Positions 15,303-22,461 of a stretch of 64,000 bases of DNA are shown in pieces (position 1 is the stretch's first letter; every line of letters begins with the position of its first letter). The DNA is from a bacterium (GTDB lineage Bacteria > Bacteroidota > Bacteroidia > Bacteroidales > UBA3663). The stretch is taken from NCBI GenBank assembly GCA_963631395.1, contig CAVGQN010000004.1:3770-67769 (forward strand). Direction: 5' to 3'. A program made the translations under genes and the position numbers. Under the pieces are notes generated by a model. The model had not been told where the DNA came from, did not search any database, and saw only the letters and a list, made by a program, of their open reading frames with translations.

Positions 15303-15340
15303 GACCACAGAGAGGCTTTCGCTTCCCCTGTGGTCTTTTC
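15303..15340 (+). terminator. intrinsic terminator after rpmB-rpmG-DUF4295
   Basis: GACCACAG ... CTGTGGTC stem followed by TTTT. Confidence 0.55.
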
Positions 15341-15364
15341 CGTTTAATCCAAACCGTCACGACT

Positions 15365-16327
15365 ATGGGCTTTTTCGATTTCTTCAAAAAGGAGAACAAG
15401 GAGACCTATGACCAGGGTCTCGAAAAGAGTAAGCAGAGCATCTTTGACAAGCTGACACGCGCTGTGGCCGGCCGCGACAGGGTGGACGACGACGTGCTCG
15501 ACGCTCTCGAGGAAACGCTCGTGACCAGCGACGTGGGCGTCGACACCACGCTGCGCATCATCGAGCGTATCGAAGACCGCGTGGCCCGCGACAAGTATGT
15601 CGGCACGGGCGAGCTGAACCGCATCCTGCGCGAGGAGATTACGGCCCTGCTGTCGGAAAACGGCCAGACGGACCTCGACGGCTTCAGCCTGCGCCCCGAC
15701 ATGAAGCGTCCCTACGTGATGCTCGTGGTCGGCGTGAACGGCGTGGGCAAGACTACCACCATAGGCAAGCTGGCCTACCAGTTCAAGAAGGCCGGCAACA
15801 AGGTGGTGCTCGGTGCCGCCGATACCTTCCGCGCCGCCGCCATCGACCAGCTCAAGATCTGGGGCGAACGTGTCGGTGTGCCGGTCGTGTGCCAGCAGAT
15901 GGGTTCTGACCCGGCTTCGGTGGCCTTCGACGCCGTCAGCCATGCCCTCAAGGAAGGCGCCGACGTGGTCATCATCGACACCGCCGGACGTCTGCACAAC
16001 AAGGTCGGACTGATGAACGAACTCGGCAAAATCCGCAAGGCCATCACCAAGGTCGTGCCCGACGGAACGGTCGACGTGCTGCTCGTGCTCGACGGCTCGA
16101 CGGGCCAGAATGCCTTCGAACAGGCCAAGCAGTTTGCGGCTGTGACCGACGTGACGGCGCTCGCCATCACCAAACTCGACGGTACGGCCAAGGGCGGCGT
16201 GGTGATCGGCATCAGCGACCAACTCAAGACGCCCGTGCGCTACATCGGACTGGGCGAGGGAATGGAAGACCTGCAGATTTTCAACAACAAGGCTTTCGTC
16301 GACAGCCTTTTCGCCGAAGGAAAGTAA
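15365..16327 (+). CDS. ftsY: signal recognition particle-docking protein FtsY
   Basis: VGVNGVGKTTTIGKLA, DTAGRLHNK and ITKLDGTAKGG are SRP-GTPase motifs. The 320-aa length is typical of Bacteroidetes FtsY. Confidence 0.95.
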   Translation: MGFFDFFKKENKETYDQGLEKSKQSIFDKLTRAVAGRDRVDDDVLDALEETLVTSDVGVDTTLRIIERIEDRVARDKYVGTGELNRILREEITALLSENGQTDLDGFSLRPDMKRPYVMLVVGVNGVGKTTTIGKLAYQFKKAGNKVVLGAADTFRAAAIDQLKIWGERVGVPVVCQQMGSDPASVAFDAVSHALKEGADVVIIDTAGRLHNKVGLMNELGKIRKAITKVVPDGTVDVLLVLDGSTGQNAFEQAKQFAAVTDVTALAITKLDGTAKGGVVIGISDQLKTPVRYIGLGEGMEDLQIFNNKAFVDSLFAEGK

Positions 16328-16432
16328 AGTCCGCGCGCCTTTAGCTATAAAGTTTTGTCTATAAATTCCTTGCCTTTTTTGGTAAAAAATATTGGCTTAT
16401 AAAAACTTGCCTTCGGCTTCGACAACTAAATT

Positions 16433-17779
16433 ATGGTCAAGAACAGAATAGATCTGATTACGCTGGGCTGCAGCAAGAACCTGGTGGACAGCGAAAGGCT
16501 GATGGGCCAGCTGGCTGCCTGCGGTTACCGCCTGCATCACGACCCGGAAGAGCCGAGGGGCGAAATCGTCATCGTCAATACGTGCGGTTTCATAGGCGAC
16601 GCCAAGGAGGAAAGCATCAACACCATACTGGGCCTGACCGAACTGAAGCGCAAGCACAAGATTGGCCAAATCTTCGTGATGGGCTGCCTGAGCGAACGCT
16701 ACCGCAAGGAACTCCTGGCCGAGATACCGGAGATTGACCGCCTGTACGGCAAGTTCGACTGGAAGCACATCCTCGACGACCTGGGCCACAAGTGGGACGA
16801 CTCGCTGCGGTCGAAGCGCTTCCAGACTTCGCCCAGCCACTATGCCTATGTCAAGATAGCCGAGGGCTGCAACCGCAACTGCGCCTACTGCGCCATACCC
16901 ATCATCACGGGCAAGTACAAGAGCCGCCCCATGGAGGATGTGCTCGACGAAGTGCGCCGGCTGGTCGATGGCGGCGTGCGCGAGATTCAGCTCATAGCCC
17001 AGGACCTGACGGGCTACGGCCTCGACCTCTATGGCCGTTACTGCATCGCCGACCTGGTGGAGCAAATTGCCCAAGTGCCCGGCGTGGAGTGGCTGAGGCT
17101 GCACTATGCCTATCCCAACGACTTTCCGATGGACTTGCTGCCGGTCATGGTCAAGTATCCCAACATCTGCCGGTATCTTGACATCGCCCTGCAGCACGCC
17201 TCTGACCATGTGCTGCACCGCATGCTGCGCCGCATCACGCGCCAGGAAACCGTCGAGCTGCTGGCCGAAATACGCCGGCAAGTGCCCGGCATCCACCTGC
17301 GCACCACGCTGATGGTCGGTTTCCCGGGCGAGACGGAAGAAGATTTCCAGGAACTGATGGACTTTGCCCGCGAACAGCGCTTCGAACGTATGGGCGCCTT
17401 CGCCTTCTGCGAGGAGGATGGGACTTATGCCGCCCTGCACTATAAGGACGACGTGCCTGCCGACGTGAAGCAACGCCGGCTCGACGACCTCATGGCGCTG
17501 CAACAGGAAATCTCGCTGGAGGTGCAGACGCAGAAGGTGGGGCAGACCCTCCGCGTCATCATCGACCGGCAGGAGGGCGAGTACTATGTGGGCCGCACGC
17601 AGTACGACAGCCCCGAGGTCGACCCCGAGGTGCTCATTCCTATCGAGTCACTGCCGCTCGAGCCGACGGCCGCCGACGACAACGTGAAGAGCCACATCGC
17701 CCTCGAGACCGGACAGTTCTACGACGTGCGCATCGTCAGCGCCGAGCCTTACGAACTCGTCGGCAACGTGGTGCTGTAG
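16433..17779 (+). CDS. rimO: ribosomal protein S12 methylthiotransferase RimO
   Basis: IDLITLGCSKNLVDSERLMGQL, the radical-SAM motif CNRNCAYCAIP and a C-terminal TRAM region. Confidence 0.95.
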   Translation: MVKNRIDLITLGCSKNLVDSERLMGQLAACGYRLHHDPEEPRGEIVIVNTCGFIGDAKEESINTILGLTELKRKHKIGQIFVMGCLSERYRKELLAEIPEIDRLYGKFDWKHILDDLGHKWDDSLRSKRFQTSPSHYAYVKIAEGCNRNCAYCAIPIITGKYKSRPMEDVLDEVRRLVDGGVREIQLIAQDLTGYGLDLYGRYCIADLVEQIAQVPGVEWLRLHYAYPNDFPMDLLPVMVKYPNICRYLDIALQHASDHVLHRMLRRITRQETVELLAEIRRQVPGIHLRTTLMVGFPGETEEDFQELMDFAREQRFERMGAFAFCEEDGTYAALHYKDDVPADVKQRRLDDLMALQQEISLEVQTQKVGQTLRVIIDRQEGEYYVGRTQYDSPEVDPEVLIPIESLPLEPTAADDNVKSHIALETGQFYDVRIVSAEPYELVGNVVL

Positions 17780-17981
17780 GTTTTGACCAGAAAGATTCTG
17801 GTTTGAAAAAATGTCTTGAAAAGCCTTTGACAAAAAAGACAATGGTTTAAGGTCTTTTGCCAAAACTCTTTGAATATAAGATTCAGAAAAATTCTGAATT
17901 TCTTCTGGTAAAAAACATTTTGGTCAAAAAGATAAAGATTGAAAAGGAATTTCTGAAACGGAAACTAAAACAACCTGAGCT

Positions 17982-18419
17982 ATGAAAAAGAAAATGGGAA
18001 GAGTGCTCGGAGCGCTCGTGACGGTACTGTTTGTCGGTTCGCTGGCCCTGCCGGCTAAGGCGCAGACGCAATTCCGCGCCCTGACGCACGACGAGGGTTT
18101 GGCTGCAGCCAAGAAAGAAGGCAAACTGCTGTTTGTCGATTTCTACACCACCTGGTGCCCGCCCTGCAAGATGATGTCGCAGAAGGTTTTCCCGCAGAAG
18201 GAGGTCGGCGACTTCATGAACAAGAATTTCGTCAACATCAAACTGGATGTGGAGAAAGACACCGAAGGCGCGCCCTACGCCACCAAATACCAGATTTCGG
18301 CCGTCCCGACTTTCGTCATCCTCAATCCGAAGACGGGCAAAGTCGTCTACCGTCTGTCGGGCGCTATCTTCGACGGCGCCGAGTGGGTCAAGACACTGAC
18401 GGAAGCCCTGCCGAACTGA
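17982..18419 (+). CDS. secreted thioredoxin-fold protein
   Basis: Signal peptide MKKKMGRVLGALVTVLFVGSLALPAKAQ and active-site motif DFYTTWCPPCKMM. Confidence 0.85.
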   Translation: MKKKMGRVLGALVTVLFVGSLALPAKAQTQFRALTHDEGLAAAKKEGKLLFVDFYTTWCPPCKMMSQKVFPQKEVGDFMNKNFVNIKLDVEKDTEGAPYATKYQISAVPTFVILNPKTGKVVYRLSGAIFDGAEWVKTLTEALPN

Positions 18420-18435
18420 CGGAAGCCCTGCCGAA
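18396..18435. repeat. perfect 20-bp tandem duplication spanning the thioredoxin-gene stop codon
   Basis: CTGACGGAAGCCCTGCCGAA x2. Confidence 0.9.
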
Positions 18436-18554
18436 ATAATTCCTTTATTCACGGCATTTACAGCGCTTCGCCTATGTCCGGCCTCCGTCATTTGCGGTGG
18501 CCGGATGTGCTGTTTATTTGCAATAGTTAGGTTGAGGCCGGAGGTAGGCTTCGC

Positions 18555-19379
18555 TCACTTGCGGCGTGTGCGCTTGCCCGTAGCGGGACGTGCCTTCTTG
18601 CCCCTGAGCTGGGCAGCCTTCGGGTTGACGCCTTCCACACGGCGCTCCTTGAGCGTGCGCGCAGGGTTAGCCAGGTTGCTGTACACGTCGGTGAAGGTCT
18701 TCGCCCGGCGCAGTTCGTCGCGCTTGGCTTCTTTCGACGCCAGTGCCTTCTGCGCATCCTTGACGGCTGCACTCTTGGCCTGCTTGTCGGCTGCACTGTG
18801 GCCGCGTGTCTTGATGGCTGAAGCTTGCGTTACGGCTTGCTTCAGCTTTTTCATTGAGGGCGCTGCCGATGCATTCTTTGCCGTTGTGCTCTTTGCCGAC
18901 GTGCTCTTGGCTGTTGTGCTCTTGGCCGACGTGCTCTTGGCGGATGCACTCTTCGCTGTCGTGCTCTTTGCTGTTGTGCTTTTGGTAGTTGCACTCTTGG
19001 CGGACGCGCTTTTGGCTGACGCGTTCTTTACCGACGTGCTCTTGGCGGCCTTCTTTGGCCCCTTGCGTAGTAGCTTGCTTTTCGGGTTCTGCATAAGGGC
19101 TTCCTGCTTTGCTTTCTTCTGTTCGTTGTGCTCTATCCACCAGGGCTGGACTTTCTCGACCGTTTCGGTGCCGCCTATGGCGTTGCCGCCTGCCAGGGTG
19201 GGTTTGACCAACTGACCGTCCACATACACCTTGTCGTGCTCGGTGTCAATCTGCATGCCGATGTGGGCGGGCTGGCCGTTGATTTCGACGCGGCCGGTCT
19301 CTATCAGTTCGTCTACTTCGCGGCGGGAGCAGACTCCCATCTCGCTCAAGTATTTGTTTATGCGTTCCAGTTTGTTCAT
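18555..19379 (-). CDS. S4 RNA-binding domain protein with a Lys/Ala/Ser/Thr-rich repeat tail (no pseudouridine-synthase catalytic domain)
   Basis: MNKLERINKYLSEMGVCSRREVDELIETGRVEINGQ...VYVDGQLV is the S4 domain seen at RluB/RluF N-termini. It is followed by about 12 AKST[ST]-type pentapeptide repeats encoded by 15-bp units at 18871-19050. Confidence 0.8.
   Translation of the reverse strand: MNKLERINKYLSEMGVCSRREVDELIETGRVEINGQPAHIGMQIDTEHDKVYVDGQLVKPTLAGGNAIGGTETVEKVQPWWIEHNEQKKAKQEALMQNPKSKLLRKGPKKAAKSTSVKNASAKSASAKSATTKSTTAKSTTAKSASAKSTSAKSTTAKSTSAKSTTAKNASAAPSMKKLKQAVTQASAIKTRGHSAADKQAKSAAVKDAQKALASKEAKRDELRRAKTFTDVYSNLANPARTLKERRVEGVNPKAAQLRGKKARPATGKRTRRK
18871..19050. repeat. 15-bp tandem repeat, about 12 units (coding, S4-domain protein tail)
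   Basis: GTGCTCTTGGCNGNN-type units read directly from the sequence. Confidence 0.9.
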
Positions 19380-19448
19380 TTTTCTGTAGTAAACGGTTAT
19401 TTTCCGCTATTTCGCGGGCAAAGTTAAACAATATTTTCCAAAATAGCT

Positions 19449-19456
19449 TATCTTTG
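19449..19456 (+). promoter_or_regulatory. -7 promoter box for the LTA-synthase-family gene
   Basis: TATCTTTG, 52 nt upstream of ATG 19509. Confidence 0.5.
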
Positions 19457-19508
19457 CACCAAAAATTGGAAATCGCTGTAGTAAATCAGCGCGCAAAAAT
19501 GATTTTGT

Positions 19509-21587
19509 ATGATTAAGAAGATAAAGCTCTACCTGTTTTTTGTCCTGCTTTTCGTGGTCGGCAAACTGGCCTTTATGGTTTACCACGGCGACGTGTTCGA
19601 TGCCTATCCGGCCATACAGTGGTTTTCGGTCATCATCCACGGCCTGCCCCACGACTTGACTTCGGCCGGCTATCTGATGGCCTTGCCTTTCCTCCTCGAG
19701 ATTCCCTACATCTGGATTACGGGCAGCTGGCACAGGCGCTTCATGCGCTTCTGGATTCGACTGAGCGTGCTGCTGGTCGTGGTCAACTATTTCTCTGACC
19801 TCTTCCTCTACTCTTACTGGGGATTCCGGCTCGACAAGACGGCCGTGTTCTATCTGTTCGACAATCCCGTCGACTGCCTCGGCCAGGCTCCCTGGTGGAT
19901 GCTGCTGCTCGCCCCCGTGCTGATTTTCGCCTTCTGGTGGGTGCTTCAGAACCTCCTGTGCCGGCTCTATCCTGACCGTCAGAACGGTAGGTCTATCAGC
20001 ATGGACCGGCTGGGCGTGAGGTGGAGAAACACGCTGGTGGCCATCCTGCTGTGCGGCGTGCTTTTCATCCTTATCCGAGGGGGCGTGACGACTTCGACCA
20101 TGAACGTCGGTAGGGTGTATTTCAGTTCGGAGATGCCCTTGAACCACGCCGCTACCAACCCCTTCTTCAGTTTCTTCAAGAGCATAACGGAGGAGCAGAA
20201 AGATTTTGCCCGTCAATACCGCTTCATGGCTGAAGACGAGTTGGACCAGGCTATTGCCGAGATGAACACGCCTAGGGTGTGCACCCCGGACAGTGTGGCC
20301 ACAGATTCGCTCTCTGCCGCTGACTCGCTCTGCGTCGCCCGTCTTGCCGGCCTTTCCGCCGCGCCGAGTGCCGCCGACTCGCTGCACTGGCTTGATTCGC
20401 TCTCTGCTGCCGGCCTTGTCAGCCTGCCCGACTCGCTCTCTGCTGCCGACTCGCTGCGCTGGGCGGATTCGCTCTACACCGCTTTTGCCGCAACACCGGC
20501 CAATCCCTTCCCCGACGGAAAGCTGCTCAACGTCGACCGCCCGAATGTCGTGGTGCTGATTTTCGAGAGCTTCTCGGGCGCAATCTGCACGGGCGTCAAT
20601 CCCGATGCCGACCCGAGCATCATGCCCAACGTGGACCGTATGTACGGCAAGGACGGCATAGGCTTCACCCACATGTTTGCCAACAGCTTCCGCACGGACC
20701 GCGGCGTGGCTGCCATCATGGCTTCCTATCCCGGACAGCCGACCAACTCGGTGATGAAGGACCAGAACAAATGCAACCACTTGCAGTATTTCAGCAAGGC
20801 GATGAAGGAAGAGGGCTATCGGCTGCACTTCCTCCATGGCGGTGACGTGAACTTTACCAACATGAAGGGCTTCCTGACCTCCGGCGGGTTCAGCGAAATC
20901 ACCGGCGACATCGACTTCCCGGTTTCCCAGCGTATGTCGAAATGGGGCGTACCTGACCACCTGATGTTCAACTGCCTCTACGACGAGATGATTGGCGACA
21001 CACTGTCCGACAGCCCTTATCTGAAGATTATGCTGACGCTGAGCAGTCACGAGCCGTTCGATGTGCCTTACCGTCATTTCGGCAACGAATATGTCAACAG
21101 TATCGCCTACACGGACAGCTGTTTCGGCAGTTTCGTCAGGAAACTGAAGAGGACGGAAGCCTGGGACAATCTGCTCATCATCGGTGTGGCCGACCATGCC
21201 TACGGACAGTATCCGGCAGGGATGCAGAACCACGAAATCATGCGCTACCGGATTCCGATGTTCTGGACGGGCGGTGCCATCAAAGCTCCGGCTACCATCG
21301 ACACTTACTGCAGCCAGACGGACCTGGGCGCGACTTTGCTTACGCAGCTGGGTATCGACTGCTCGGATTTCAACTTCAGCAAGGACATTATGAACCCTAC
21401 CATCGGCCACTACGGCTTCTACGCCTTCAGCGACGGCTTCGGCTTCGTGACCGACAGCGTGAGGTATATACAGGACAATGCCAAAGACGGCCAGCCGCTC
21501 TCCGGCAGCCACGACCCGAACGGTACGGCCGAAAGATGGGGCAAGGCCTATCTGCAGGCACTCTACGATGACCTGGCGAAACGGTAA
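19509..21587 (+). CDS. LTA-synthase/sulfatase-family membrane protein (alkaline-phosphatase superfamily)
   Basis: Multi-pass N-terminal membrane region, then a sulfatase-type domain (NVVVLIFESFSG ... LSSHEPF ...). A DSLSAA-type repeat insertion lies between them. Confidence 0.8.
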   Translation: MIKKIKLYLFFVLLFVVGKLAFMVYHGDVFDAYPAIQWFSVIIHGLPHDLTSAGYLMALPFLLEIPYIWITGSWHRRFMRFWIRLSVLLVVVNYFSDLFLYSYWGFRLDKTAVFYLFDNPVDCLGQAPWWMLLLAPVLIFAFWWVLQNLLCRLYPDRQNGRSISMDRLGVRWRNTLVAILLCGVLFILIRGGVTTSTMNVGRVYFSSEMPLNHAATNPFFSFFKSITEEQKDFARQYRFMAEDELDQAIAEMNTPRVCTPDSVATDSLSAADSLCVARLAGLSAAPSAADSLHWLDSLSAAGLVSLPDSLSAADSLRWADSLYTAFAATPANPFPDGKLLNVDRPNVVVLIFESFSGAICTGVNPDADPSIMPNVDRMYGKDGIGFTHMFANSFRTDRGVAAIMASYPGQPTNSVMKDQNKCNHLQYFSKAMKEEGYRLHFLHGGDVNFTNMKGFLTSGGFSEITGDIDFPVSQRMSKWGVPDHLMFNCLYDEMIGDTLSDSPYLKIMLTLSSHEPFDVPYRHFGNEYVNSIAYTDSCFGSFVRKLKRTEAWDNLLIIGVADHAYGQYPAGMQNHEIMRYRIPMFWTGGAIKAPATIDTYCSQTDLGATLLTQLGIDCSDFNFSKDIMNPTIGHYGFYAFSDGFGFVTDSVRYIQDNAKDGQPLSGSHDPNGTAERWGKAYLQALYDDLAKR

Positions 21588-21728
21588 TTCCGCATCAGGT
21601 CCTTCGAAATGACAGTCTGTGAATCTGCAAATCTGTAATCCGCGAAATCGGAACCAAACGGAACAGAAAAGAAGAACCAAGCGGAACCAAACGGAACTTA
21701 CCGAACTAGTCGGAACAGAAACAAGAAA

Positions 21729-21755
21729 GGGGAGGCAAAAAACCTCCCCTTCATT
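21729..21755. terminator. bidirectional terminator hairpin between convergent genes
   Basis: GGGGAGG-caaaaaa-CCTCCCC with T-rich sequence on both strands. Confidence 0.6.
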
Positions 21756-21850
21756 ATTTGTTTGTGTAATCAGCAGATTCGCCGCTTCAGTGGAATTTCT
21801 CCTTGGCCTTAATCGATAGAAGTCAGAAGCTTGCTCTGCGTGAAGGCTGG

Positions 21851-22294
21851 TCAGCAGGCCAAAGCGGCAAGGCCGACGCCGGCAACGGAAATAATCAAAG
21901 CCAAAGCGTAGCATGCGATGGCTACGATGTTCAGCACACCTATATACTTGGCAATATACTTCACGCTGGAGAACATTTCGGCCAGCTGCTGGTTGTCGTC
22001 GTTGTTGCAGGCATTGCGCGACTGCTGTATAAAAGCGAACGCCTTTTTTAGTACCGGTATGTAGACAACGACAATAATCAAGTAAACGATGCCAATGATG
22101 GTATTTGTTATTTCGCCGACAAACAACATCACAAGACCCAAGATAACCAACAGTCCCATTGCGCAACACGACACAATCGTCAGGAACTTAATCCACTTGA
22201 CAGCCGACAGAAGGTCGCTCTTCATTCCGTCTGTGATGGTCAACTGATGATTGTCTGCACTGTAGTTCTTTTCAAAATTTGCTTCCATAATCAT
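21851..22294 (-). CDS. hypothetical membrane protein
   Basis: 147 aa with about 4 predicted hydrophobic helices (FLTIVSCCAMGLLVILGLVMLFVG, IIGIVYLIIVVVYIPVL, ...). Function unknown. Confidence 0.6.
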   Translation of the reverse strand: MIMEANFEKNYSADNHQLTITDGMKSDLLSAVKWIKFLTIVSCCAMGLLVILGLVMLFVGEITNTIIGIVYLIIVVVYIPVLKKAFAFIQQSRNACNNDDNQQLAEMFSSVKYIAKYIGVLNIVAIACYALALIISVAGVGLAALAC

Positions 22295-22461
22295 TGGGAG
22301 TTTTAAGTTGTTGTAAAGATATAATTTTGGATTTGTTAAAACTTAATTTTGTTACTGTAAGACTTTAATTATATTATTGTTAAAGTTTATTTTTATTATT
22401 GATGAAAAGTTTAATTTTGTTGTTGTTAAACTTTAATTTTGATACATCCCCGTTTCGTTTT

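Noticed and set aside
15344-17503. Antisense ORFs opposite ftsY (15344-16222) and rimO (16397-17503). There are similar cases opposite RNase G (27530-28867), the beta-helix gene (22480-23925, 24049-24984), deoC (38085-39029), ilvB (33393-34184) and the GH98-like gene (62223-63692).
   Set aside because: All overlap strongly recognisable genes on the other strand and have shadow-ORF composition. None has independent support.
17780-17981. AT-rich rimO-thioredoxin spacer with several small inverted repeats (ACCAGAA/TTCTGGT, TTCAGAA/TTCTGAA)
   Set aside because: The stems are short (7 bp) in AT-rich sequence with no consistent architecture. They are probably ordinary terminator and promoter elements.
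19407-22169. 920-aa minus-strand ORF, the longest in its region
   Set aside because: It is antisense to the well-supported LTA-synthase-family gene. It runs through the bidirectional terminator and repeat region at 21600-21760, and its translation is Arg/His/Val-rich with no domain features.
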